A stretch of 64,000 bases of DNA, from positions 1,698,493 to 1,762,492 of the forward strand of contig CAVSHH010000003.1 in NCBI GenBank assembly GCA_963727585.1. Reading direction: 5' to 3'. This stretch comes from an uncultured Chloroflexia bacterium. Its GTDB lineage: Bacteria > Chloroflexota > Limnocylindria > Limnocylindrales > CSP1-4. The notes below the pieces were generated by a model. That model saw only the letters and a list, made by a program, of their open reading frames with translations. It was not told where the DNA came from and searched no databases. Of this stretch, positions 37,733 through 46,725 are shown piece after piece. Made by a program: the position numbers and the translations under genes. The stretch's first letter is position 1, and each line of letters opens with the position of its first letter.

Positions 37733-39067
37733 ATGCAATGTGCGGCCAGCTCCCGTTTCGCGGCGATCGCCCTCCTGGTCGTGCTCGCCATGCTGGCGGC
37801 CGCCTGCGGCGCGGACGACGCGTCGCCCTCGCCGATCACCGTCGCGCCTTCCCCGCCCCGGGCGTCCTCCGCCGTGCCGTCGGTCACGCCGGGGCCTGCC
37901 GTCGGTCCGTCGGGGGTCCCGGCGACCGCCGCCGCGTCGCCGACTGCATCACCGGCCGCGTCGCGCCCCGCCCTGGACCGGCCGGACCTCGCCGCCGTGG
38001 CAGTCGCGCTGGAGCCGGTTGTCGACGGCCTCGACCAACCGGTGTTCGTGACAGGGGCGGGCGACGGTTCGGGGCGGCAGTACATCGTCGAGCAGGCGGG
38101 ACGGATTCGGATCGCGGAAGGTGGCGTCCTGACCGCGAGCCCGTTCCTGGACATCACGGACCGGGTGACGTCCGGAGGTGAGCGCGGCCTGCTCGGGCTC
38201 GCCTTCCCGCCCGGGTACGGCACGTCACGCGAGGAGGTCTACGTCCATTACTCGGGCGATGGCGGCCGCACGACGCTGAGCCGCTTCCTGCCGCGGGTCG
38301 ACGACGTGACGTTCCTCGATCCGGCCTCGGAGGAGGTCCTGCTCACCCAGGACCAGCCCTACGCCAACCACAACGGCGGCTGGATCGGGTTCGATGCCGA
38401 CGGGATGCTGCTGCTCGGCCTGGGCGACGGCGGGTCCGGCGGGGACCCCCAGAACCGGGCCTCCGATCCCGCCACGCTGCTGGGCAAGCTGCTGCGCATC
38501 GATGTTCTCGGCGGCGGCGGTGGGCCATACGCCATCCCGGCCGACAATCCCTTCGCCGCCGGCGGCGGGGCGCCGGAGGTGCTGCACTACGGCCTCCGCA
38601 ATCCGTTCCGGAACTCGGTGGACCCGGCGACCGGCGACGTGTGGATCGGCGACGTCGGCCAGAGCGAGTGGGAGGAGGTCGACGTCGCCCGGTCGGGGGC
38701 CCGCGGTCTCGACTTCGGCTGGCGGCGCTGGGAGGGCCGCCACTGCTACGACCAGGGCGCCGGCTGCGACGACACGGGAGTGACGATGCCCGTGGCCGAG
38801 TATGGCCACGGTGAGGGCTGCTCGGTGATCGGCGGCGCGGTGTACCGCGGGGACGCGATCCCGGCCCTGCGCGGAGCGTACCTGTTCGGCGACTACTGCA
38901 GCGGGACGCTGTGGGCGATCGACGCCGGTCTCGAAGCCGCCCAGGCGCCGATCACGCTGCTCGAGACCGGCGCATCGATCAGCTCCATCGTGGCCGGGGA
39001 CGACGCCGAGCTCTACCTGACGGACCTGGCCCGTGGCCGCGTGATGCAGCTGGTGCCGGCCCGCTGA
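37733..39067 (+). CDS. PQQ-dependent sugar dehydrogenase, second paralog, lipoprotein.
   Basis: Lipobox LAAACGA, then GERGLLGLAFPP, NHNGGWIGFDADGMLLLGLGDGG, GLRNPFRNSVD. Confidence 0.8.
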   Translation: MQCAASSRFAAIALLVVLAMLAAACGADDASPSPITVAPSPPRASSAVPSVTPGPAVGPSGVPATAAASPTASPAASRPALDRPDLAAVAVALEPVVDGLDQPVFVTGAGDGSGRQYIVEQAGRIRIAEGGVLTASPFLDITDRVTSGGERGLLGLAFPPGYGTSREEVYVHYSGDGGRTTLSRFLPRVDDVTFLDPASEEVLLTQDQPYANHNGGWIGFDADGMLLLGLGDGGSGGDPQNRASDPATLLGKLLRIDVLGGGGGPYAIPADNPFAAGGGAPEVLHYGLRNPFRNSVDPATGDVWIGDVGQSEWEEVDVARSGARGLDFGWRRWEGRHCYDQGAGCDDTGVTMPVAEYGHGEGCSVIGGAVYRGDAIPALRGAYLFGDYCSGTLWAIDAGLEAAQAPITLLETGASISSIVAGDDAELYLTDLARGRVMQLVPAR

Positions 39068-39089
39068 TGCAGGGGCCTGGGGCACACGC

Positions 39090-40118
39090 TCAGGATGCCG
39101 GGCTCGCCCCGGTGCTCGGCTTGCGCGCCGCAGCGGGCTGCGGCATCGGACGGAGGAAGCCGGCGAGGGCGACGACCACGTAGGCCGCCCAGGCCACGAA
39201 GGTGACGACCTCGGGCTGCGAGGTGTAGCCGAACAGGGCGCGCAGGAACTGGCCGGCCAGGAGTGCGATCCCGCCCGGTGCGCCGCTGATCGCCTCGTGG
39301 GGAAGGACCGCCGACAGGTCGACCAGGGTGCTCGTCCCGACCGTGATCCAGCCGATCTCCACCAGCTCGTGGACCGCCTTGGCCAGCAGCCCGCCGGCGA
39401 TGAAGATGAGGGCGATCCCCGACCATCGGAAGAAGGTACGCAGGTTGACCACCCGCGCGCCGCGATAGAACCCGGCGCCGATGAGCACGGCGATCCCCAG
39501 CCCGGCGAGCGCGCCCAGCAGGACGGCGGTCGCGCCGGTATCGGCCGATGTCGCCTGTCCCACCAGGAACAGCGCCGTCTCCAGGCCCTCCCGGATGACG
39601 GCCGTGAAGGCCAGCACCGTGAGCCCCACGACGCTGCCCTCGGTGAGGACGCGGTCCACCGCGACCTGGAGCTCGCTCTTGACCCCGGCCGCCTGGCGGC
39701 GCATCCAGAACAGCATCCAGGTCACCACGATCGCCGCGGCGATCATGGTCACGGCCTCGAACAGCTGCTCGTACGGCTCGCCCAGCTCACCCATCGTGGC
39801 GAACAGCGCGATCCCGGCGAGCAGCGACACGGCCACCGCGGCGATCGTCCCGGCCCAGATCCTGCCGACGTGCCGGCGGTTCCCGGTCCGGACCAGGTAG
39901 GCCAGGATGATGCTCACGATGAGGGCCGCTTCGACTCCCTCGCGAAGGCCTGTGAGCAGGCCGCTGGTGAAGGATCCGACGTCCACGATGGGCTGGCTCC
40001 GAAGCGCAAGGAGATGGACTGGGCGGGACGCGCCCTGCGGGATGGGAGCGCGGTAGCCGTCATCGTAGGGAGGCCGGCGGCCGCATGTCAACTGGGCTTG
40101 ATCCCGTGCAGCAGGCAC
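39090..40118 (-). CDS. efeU: FTR1-family high-affinity iron permease (EfeU-like).
   Basis: Two REGxE motifs (LREGVEAAL, IREGLETAL) in a multi-TM protein. The true start may be the internal V near 39983. Confidence 0.7.
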   Translation of the reverse strand: MPAARDQAQLTCGRRPPYDDGYRAPIPQGASRPVHLLALRSQPIVDVGSFTSGLLTGLREGVEAALIVSIILAYLVRTGNRRHVGRIWAGTIAAVAVSLLAGIALFATMGELGEPYEQLFEAVTMIAAAIVVTWMLFWMRRQAAGVKSELQVAVDRVLTEGSVVGLTVLAFTAVIREGLETALFLVGQATSADTGATAVLLGALAGLGIAVLIGAGFYRGARVVNLRTFFRWSGIALIFIAGGLLAKAVHELVEIGWITVGTSTLVDLSAVLPHEAISGAPGGIALLAGQFLRALFGYTSQPEVVTFVAWAAYVVVALAGFLRPMPQPAAARKPSTGASPAS

Positions 40119-40166
40119 CCCTGTTGGGGAGAATCAGGCTCCTCTCGAAGGCGGTGCGCGACATCC

Positions 40167-40202
40167 GGTTGCAACCCGATGCGCGGCTGCAACCCGATGC
40201 GC
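40167..40202. repeat. 18-bp tandem direct repeat, two copies (ggttgcaacccgatgcgc / ggctgcaacccgatgcgc), between the efeU and PBP1A starts.
   Basis: Read directly. Confidence 0.9.
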
Positions 40203-40269
40203 CCGCTCGCCATCCCCGGCGTCACCCGAGCCGGGCGAGCCTTGGGCGATGCGTTCTGTCGGGATCCGC

Positions 40270-42969
40270 ATGAGGTCCTCGCCTGCCCGCCGCCGGCCAA
40301 CGGCTCGCGCCACCCGTACCGCCCTGGGCGTTGTTCGCCGTCGCGCCACCCGGCGGCGCGGCCGGGAGCAGCGCTCGACGTCGGCCATCCTCGTCGGCGC
40401 CGTCGGCGGTGCGATCGTCGCCCTGCTGGTGGTGGTCACCAGCGCCGCGGCGCTCGCGGGCGCAGCGGCCACGGCATCGGTCACGGTGCTGTCCGAGGAC
40501 CTGCCGGACCCCGCCCGCCTGGCCTCGATCGATTTCGCCCAGCCCACGATCATCTATGACAGGACCGGCAAGGTGGAGCTTGCCCGGTTCCAGAAGGTCA
40601 AGCGGTCGGTAGTCGCCTACCGTGACCTGCCGCACCTCGTGCTCGACGCCACGACGGTGGCGGAGGACCGGACGTTCTGGCACAACGACGGCTTCGACGT
40701 CCAGGCCATGCTCGCCGCCGCCATCGAGACGGTTGGAGGCGACGGGCGCGGGGCCTCGACCATCACCCAGCAGCTGGTGCGGGCGCGTCTCCTCCCCGCC
40801 GACGTGGTCGCGCCGGGCGCCGACCTGTACCTGCGCAAGGCGAAGGAGATCATCCAGGCCGCCCGCGTGACCTCCGAGTTCCCGGGTGAGACGGGCAAGG
40901 AGCAGATCATCACCGCCTACCTCAACCAGAACTTCTACGGCCACGATGCGTACGGGGTCATGGCGGCGGCGCGGGTGTACTTCGGGGTCACCGACCTCGC
41001 CCAGCTCACGCCCGCACAGGCCGCGCTCCTCGCGGGCCTGCCCCAGTCGCCATCCATCCTCGACCCATACCAGTACGCGGAGGAGGACGAGGACGGCCGG
41101 CTGGTGGTCCCGTCCACGGCTCCGCCGGTGGTCCGGCGCAACTGGATCCTGTCCAATCTCAACCAGGGCCGCTGGACGCACCTGACCGAGAGCGAGCTCC
41201 GGGCCGCCCTCGCGGAGCCGGTCGTGCTGCGCGGCGACGTCCCTGTCATCTGGAAGGCCCCGCAGTTCGACTGGCGGGTCCGGGCCCAGCTGGAGCAGAT
41301 CCTGGGTTCCGCGGACGAGGTGGAGACAGGCGGCTACCGGGTGATCACGAGCCTTGACTGGCGGGCCCAGCAGCTCGCCGAGGCGACGGTGGCAGCGGCC
41401 GTCGTCGCGCCCAACCTGTCCAAGCGCAAGGGGAATGCGCTGCTCAAGCGCCTGCACATCCCCAAGGCCGACCATCGCTGGAGCCGGGCCCTGCGAGGCA
41501 AGGACATCCACAACGCGGCGCTGGTCGCGCTGGACTACCGGACCGGTGACGTCCGGGCCTACGTCGGCTCGGCCGGCTACTACCGCGACGGCCTGGCGTC
41601 GAAGCGCTTCAACCCCAAGTTCGATGCGGCCGGCGTCGGGAAGCGCCAGCCCGGGTCCGCGTTCAAACCCGTCCTGTACGCCACCGCCTTCGATCAGAAG
41701 GCGTTGACCCCCGGGTCGCTGCTGCTGGACATCACCACCCGCTTCGCTCCGGGGTGGGCGCCGGGCGATGCCGATCGACTGGAGCGAGGTCCCGTCCTGG
41801 TCCGTGACGCACTCCAGATGTCGCTCAACATCCCGGCGATCCGGGCGCTCGAGCGGGTGGGCAACGAGGCCGTGGCGGACACCGCGGACAAGCTCGGGAT
41901 CCGGTTCGCGGGCGGACGGAACGCCTTCCTCGACGCCGGCCTCGCGGGCGCCATCGGCACGGTCGAGGTCTCGCCCCTCGACCTGACCTCGGCGTTCGGG
42001 GCACTCGGCAACGGCGGCGTCCACGTCCCACCGCGGATGATCCTCGAGATCCGAAACCCGTCCGGCAACGTCGTCTGGTCGGCCGGTGACCCGGCCGGAA
42101 CACGGGCGGTCAGCGCGGCATCCGCGTACCTGGTCACGAACATCCTCGCGGGCAACACCAACCCCCGCCAGAACCCGATCTGGGCCGATGTGCTCGAGAT
42201 GCGCAACGGCCCAAAGGGTGCACGAAGGCCGGCCGCGGTCAAGACGGGAACGACCAACGATGCCCGCGACCTGTCCACGTACGGCTATCTGCCGGCCCCC
42301 GGCAAGGACTCGGCGCCCGCCTGGGCGGTGGGTGTCTGGATGGGCAACAGCGACCACTCCACGCCGCGGACCGGCGATCCGGCAACGTCACTCACGGGTG
42401 CGGCGCCGCTGTGGCAGTCGTTCGTGCGACGGCTGACGGCCAAGGACCCGGTGGCCACGTTCCACCGGACCAAGCATGTCGTCCGCGCGAAGATCGACGC
42501 GTGGTCGGGTGGCAAGCCGGGGCCATGGACGCGGGCAACCCGCTCCGAGGTCTTCCTGGCGGGAACCCAGCCGGGCGCCAAGCACGCCGTCGACAAGCCG
42601 GGCCTGCTCTACACGCAGGCCTGCGGGACGTGGGTCGTGAACCCCGTTCATGCCGAGCTGGGGCCGCGAGGCTGGAACGACGACGTCGCCAACTGGCTCG
42701 CCCGTGCCCGGCGCGGAGTCGGGGTCCGGGGTCCCAGGGACACGCGCACGGCGTACTTCTGGGGTCGCTCGGATTGGGGAGGGCGTCTCGACGGCCCGTG
42801 CCCGGCGCCGAAGCCGGTACCGACGCCGGAGCCGGCACCCGGAGGGTCCGGATCAGGTGGGCCGACGACCCCGACTCCGACGCCGGCCAATCCCGAGCCG
42901 ACGAAGCCGCCGCCGCCCGAGCCGACGAAGCCGCCGGCCGACTCGCCCACCGGGTCGGGCACCGGGTAG
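40270..42969 (+). CDS. Class A penicillin-binding protein, second paralog.
   Basis: EDRTFWHNDGFD, RGASTITQQL, SAFKP, KTGTTND. C-terminal PTPTPANPEPTKPPPPEPTKPP tail. ATG at 40270. Confidence 0.9.
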   Translation: MRSSPARRRPTARATRTALGVVRRRATRRRGREQRSTSAILVGAVGGAIVALLVVVTSAAALAGAAATASVTVLSEDLPDPARLASIDFAQPTIIYDRTGKVELARFQKVKRSVVAYRDLPHLVLDATTVAEDRTFWHNDGFDVQAMLAAAIETVGGDGRGASTITQQLVRARLLPADVVAPGADLYLRKAKEIIQAARVTSEFPGETGKEQIITAYLNQNFYGHDAYGVMAAARVYFGVTDLAQLTPAQAALLAGLPQSPSILDPYQYAEEDEDGRLVVPSTAPPVVRRNWILSNLNQGRWTHLTESELRAALAEPVVLRGDVPVIWKAPQFDWRVRAQLEQILGSADEVETGGYRVITSLDWRAQQLAEATVAAAVVAPNLSKRKGNALLKRLHIPKADHRWSRALRGKDIHNAALVALDYRTGDVRAYVGSAGYYRDGLASKRFNPKFDAAGVGKRQPGSAFKPVLYATAFDQKALTPGSLLLDITTRFAPGWAPGDADRLERGPVLVRDALQMSLNIPAIRALERVGNEAVADTADKLGIRFAGGRNAFLDAGLAGAIGTVEVSPLDLTSAFGALGNGGVHVPPRMILEIRNPSGNVVWSAGDPAGTRAVSAASAYLVTNILAGNTNPRQNPIWADVLEMRNGPKGARRPAAVKTGTTNDARDLSTYGYLPAPGKDSAPAWAVGVWMGNSDHSTPRTGDPATSLTGAAPLWQSFVRRLTAKDPVATFHRTKHVVRAKIDAWSGGKPGPWTRATRSEVFLAGTQPGAKHAVDKPGLLYTQACGTWVVNPVHAELGPRGWNDDVANWLARARRGVGVRGPRDTRTAYFWGRSDWGGRLDGPCPAPKPVPTPEPAPGGSGSGGPTTPTPTPANPEPTKPPPPEPTKPPADSPTGSGTG

Positions 42970-43270
42970 GGCCGACCTCCGGGCGGAATGCCATCAGGGG
43001 CCGGAACGGGCAACGGGTCCACAACGGGCGGAGGACGGGGCCGGCCTACTGATCGCTTCGTCCTCGCGCCCCACGGATGACGGTGTTGCACCCCGCTTTC
43101 GCCGCATCCCCTGGTCGCGAACTGCGAGCGGGCCGCAATGGTCTCGCGCTCGCCCTGTGCCGTGGCGGCGACGGAGCGCCCGTAGCGTGATCGCGGCGCT
43201 GGATCGGTCCCCGCCCGGGACAGGATCCGGACCCATCAGCCAGCCTGTTCAAAACAGCAGAGGTACTGAC

Positions 43271-43528
43271 ATGCGCAAGCTCCTGATCGGCGCTCTCCTC
43301 GGCCTGACGGCCCTCGTGGCCGCCGCATGCAACGGCTCCGGCAGCTCGTCACCGACGATGAGCCCGCTCGAGTCCCTGCCGCCGCTGGAGAGCCCGAGCC
43401 TCATGCCCAGCGAGTCCATGCCGATCGAGTCGGCCTCGCCGCTCGAGAGCCCGAGCCTCATGCCCAGCGAGTCGATCTCGCCGCTGGAGAGCCCGAGCGA
43501 CCTCCTCGAGTCGCCGTCCGCCAGCTAG
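43271..43528 (+). CDS. Small lipoprotein with tandem SPLESPSLMPSES peptide repeats (85 aa).
   Basis: AGAGG RBS, lipobox LVAAAC, and a roughly 42-nt internal DNA repeat giving (P)LESPSLMPSES(M/I)P(I/L)ES. Confidence 0.55.
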   Translation: MRKLLIGALLGLTALVAAACNGSGSSSPTMSPLESLPPLESPSLMPSESMPIESASPLESPSLMPSESISPLESPSDLLESPSAS

Positions 43529-43670
43529 CCCGAGGGTCGATCCCACCAGCACCCGACGCCGGGGCCGACAGCGGCTCCGGCGTCGCTGTGTCCGCCTCCG
43601 CACATCCCTCTGCCCGACAACCTCGCGTGCGATCGAGCCTCGGTGAGCGACTGGGACGGTCGACTGGCCG

Positions 43671-44261
43671 TCAGGCCTCCTCGGCCCCGGGGGCGGACGC
43701 GCCGGCGACGGACGCCCCGGGGTCGGCGGCACCCGCGGCCGGGTCGGCGGCACCCGCGGCCGGGGTGTCACGGCTGGCCAAGGCTTCCTCGTCGTCCTCG
43801 GCGCGAGCCAGGGCCCCGAGCTCGTGACCGGCGCTGCGCAGCCAGGTCAGCGCTCCCCACACCAGCGGGACGACTCCGGCCACGATCAGCCACGGACCGA
43901 ACACGACGGCGGTCAGCGACATGGAGATCCCGAGCCCGAGCGCCAGCGGCGCCAGGCCCTCGGCCGGCTGCCGTCCGCTCTCGTCCTCGAACGGGACCTC
44001 GTCGGCCGGGCTCCCCCGCAGCACGTCGGACAGGTCCAGCGGGCCCGCATCAGCGGGATCGGGCGGCCGCGAGTCGCGTCCGACCACGAGCGCCGCTGCG
44101 ATCACGAGCCCGCCGGCGCCGAAGCCGACCAGCATGACGGTGCCCGCCAGCTCGTAGGACAGGAACCAGTAGATGGCGGCGAGGACCAGCCCGAACACCC
44201 CGACGAACGCGAAGAACCGGGTCTCGGGCGGGCGTCCGGCGAGGACGAGGCGCCGGATCAC
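43671..44261 (-). CDS. Putative cytochrome c oxidase subunit IV (actinobacterial CtaF-like) membrane protein with an extended acidic C-terminus.
   Basis: Four TM helices. Lies immediately downstream of ctaD with a 4-nt overlap. Confidence 0.45.
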   Translation of the reverse strand: MIRRLVLAGRPPETRFFAFVGVFGLVLAAIYWFLSYELAGTVMLVGFGAGGLVIAAALVVGRDSRPPDPADAGPLDLSDVLRGSPADEVPFEDESGRQPAEGLAPLALGLGISMSLTAVVFGPWLIVAGVVPLVWGALTWLRSAGHELGALARAEDDEEALASRDTPAAGAADPAAGAADPGASVAGASAPGAEEA

Positions 44262-45952
44262 CCGTTTGTCCCCGGGTCGACGACCGCGGGTTCCGACGCC
44301 CCCTCATCGACCGATGCGGCTGCGGCCGCGGCCTTCGCGGCCTGCCGCGCATCGAACACCGGCCGCTCCGAGCGGATCGGTGGCAGGCTGCGGAAGTTGT
44401 GGTGGCGCGGGGGCGAATCCGCCCACCACTCCAGGGAGTTGCCCTCCCATGGGTCGGGACCGGCGTCGGGCGGCCGGCGCATGGCCACGACCACCGCGAC
44501 GAGGAACAGCACCACGGACAGGGCGATCAGCAGCGAACCGGCCGTGGATACCAGGTTGAGCTCGGTCCAGCCGGCACTCGCCGGGTAGTCGGCGTAGCGC
44601 CTGGGCATCCCCGACGCTCCCAGCTGGTACTGCGGCAGGAAGGTCACCACGAACCCGATCGTCCACAGCCAGAAGTGCGCCTTGGCGAGGCCCTCGGGGA
44701 GCCGACGCCCGGTGATCTTCGGGAACCAGAAGGTGATGCCGCCCCACATCGCGAAGATGGCGCCCCCGACGAGCACGTTGTGCAGGTGGGCGACCACGTA
44801 GTACGTGTCCTGGAATCCGAAGTCGAGCGCAGGGGAAGCCACCATCACGCCGGTGATCCCACCGAACAGGAATGTGAACAGGAAGCCCACCGACCACAGC
44901 ATCGGTGCGGGGAAGGTGAGCTTCCCGCCGATCATGGTGAAGATCCAGTTGAAGAACTTGACCCCCGTGGGAACCGCGATGATGAACGAGGTCGCGCTGA
45001 AGAACGGCAGGTTGATCGCGCCGGTCGTGAACATGTGGTGGGCCCAGACGGTCATCGAGTAGGCGCCGATGAACACGGTGGCCAGGACGAACGCCCGGTA
45101 GCCGAACAGGGGCTTGCGGCTGAACACGGGGAAGGTCTCACCCATCACCCCGAAGAACGGCAGCGCGATGATGTAGACCTCGGGGTGACCGAAGAACCAG
45201 AACAGGTGCTGCCACAGAATCGGGTCGCCGCCCACGGCCGGGTCGAAGAAGGCGGCGCCGAACCGGCGCTCCAGGAGGAGCATCACCAACGCCGCCGTGA
45301 TCGCCGGGAAGGCATACAGGATCAGGATCGATGTGACCAGGATGCTCCACGTGAACACCGGGACCCGGAACATGCCCATCCCGGGCGCCCGCCGGGTGAA
45401 GATCGTGGCGATGAAGTTGATGGCGCCCAGGATCGAGGCGACGCCGGTCAGCATCAGGCCCGTGATCCAGAGGTCGGTGCCGGTGGTGGTGGAATAGGGC
45501 TGGACCGAGTTGGGCGGATAGCCGGTCCACCCGATGTCGGCCGGCCCCGAGGCGACCAGGAACCCCGACAGGACGACCAGCCCACCGAACAGGAACAGCC
45601 AGAACGAGAGGGCGTTGAGGCGCGGGAACACCATGTCCGCGGCCCCCACCTGGAGCGGCACCAGGTAGTTCGCGAACGCAGCGACCATGGGCGTCGCGAA
45701 CAGCAGCATCATCGCGGTGCCGTGGATCGTGAACAGCCCGTTGTACTCCTGCTCGTTCAGCAGCTGGAGACCGGGTTCGGCGAGCTCGGCCCGCATCACC
45801 AGGGCGATGATCCCGGCGACCAGGAAGAAGCCCAGCGCCGCGACGCCGTACATGACGCCGATCCGCTTGTGATCGGTGGTCGAGATCCAGCCCAGCAGAT
45901 CGAACCGGAGCCGGTGGCCGACGGGCTCGACCGTGACGACAGTGCTGCTCAC
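44258..45952 (-). CDS. ctaD: Cytochrome c oxidase subunit I.
   Basis: HKRIGVMY, WFFGHPEVYI, and the HHMFTTG region. GTG start at 45952 with a GGAGGG RBS. GTGA overlap with the ctaC stop. Confidence 0.9.
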   Translation of the reverse strand: MSSTVVTVEPVGHRLRFDLLGWISTTDHKRIGVMYGVAALGFFLVAGIIALVMRAELAEPGLQLLNEQEYNGLFTIHGTAMMLLFATPMVAAFANYLVPLQVGAADMVFPRLNALSFWLFLFGGLVVLSGFLVASGPADIGWTGYPPNSVQPYSTTTGTDLWITGLMLTGVASILGAINFIATIFTRRAPGMGMFRVPVFTWSILVTSILILYAFPAITAALVMLLLERRFGAAFFDPAVGGDPILWQHLFWFFGHPEVYIIALPFFGVMGETFPVFSRKPLFGYRAFVLATVFIGAYSMTVWAHHMFTTGAINLPFFSATSFIIAVPTGVKFFNWIFTMIGGKLTFPAPMLWSVGFLFTFLFGGITGVMVASPALDFGFQDTYYVVAHLHNVLVGGAIFAMWGGITFWFPKITGRRLPEGLAKAHFWLWTIGFVVTFLPQYQLGASGMPRRYADYPASAGWTELNLVSTAGSLLIALSVVLFLVAVVVAMRRPPDAGPDPWEGNSLEWWADSPPRHHNFRSLPPIRSERPVFDARQAAKAAAAAASVDEGASEPAVVDPGTNG

Positions 45953-46725
45953 GGTCCGCCCTCCGCCTGCGCATGAGCCGCGAGCCACGCCTCGTACTCG
46001 GTGCGGGGCACGGCGACGATCGTGAACGGCATCTGCGAGTGGTAGATGCCGCAGAACTCGGCGCACTGGCCGCCGTACCGGCCGGGCTCGTCCACCGTGA
46101 ACGCGAACACCGACTCCCGCCCGGGAATCGCATCCCGCTTGAACAGGAACCGGGGCACGTAGAACGCATGGTCGACGTCGGATGAGGTGAGGGTCACCTT
46201 CACGTTCTCACCCACCGGGACGTAGACCTCGGGGCCCGGCTCGCGGACGCCTTCGACGACCACCCCCTGATCCGGATACTCGAACCGCCAGCCCCAGCGG
46301 AAGGCGTTGACCCGGATCTCGGCGCCGGCCGCCGCCTGGGCGGCGCTGTCGAACACGTTGAGGACGAGCACCGTGAGCACCAGCAGCACCACGATCGTTG
46401 CCAGCGGGATACCCGTCCACGCCACCTCGAGGGGCAGGCTGCCGTGCGTCTGCGGCGGGAGCTCGTCGTCGCCCGGACGGCGCCGGTAGCGGACGATGGC
46501 GAAGGTGGCCAGGCCGAGGACGATGACGACCACCACCCCCGCGATGGCCATGAACACGGTGTACAGGTCCGCCACCCGGCGAGCCTCGCTGGTGGCCGGC
46601 GCGGTCAGGCAGCCGCCGAGCAGCAGCGGGGCGGCCAACGCCAGGAGGGCGGCGATCGTGCGCGCCACCGGGGCCCGCCTCGGCGACCCGCAAGCGACGC
46701 CGCCCTGCACGATCCGCCGGCTCAC
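45949..46725 (-). CDS. ctaC: Cytochrome c oxidase subunit II.
   Basis: CuA site HAFYVP...CAEFCGIYHSQM. GTG start at 46725 overlaps the qcrB stop (GTGA). Confidence 0.85.
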   Translation of the reverse strand: MSRRIVQGGVACGSPRRAPVARTIAALLALAAPLLLGGCLTAPATSEARRVADLYTVFMAIAGVVVVIVLGLATFAIVRYRRRPGDDELPPQTHGSLPLEVAWTGIPLATIVVLLVLTVLVLNVFDSAAQAAAGAEIRVNAFRWGWRFEYPDQGVVVEGVREPGPEVYVPVGENVKVTLTSSDVDHAFYVPRFLFKRDAIPGRESVFAFTVDEPGRYGGQCAEFCGIYHSQMPFTIVAVPRTEYEAWLAAHAQAEGGP

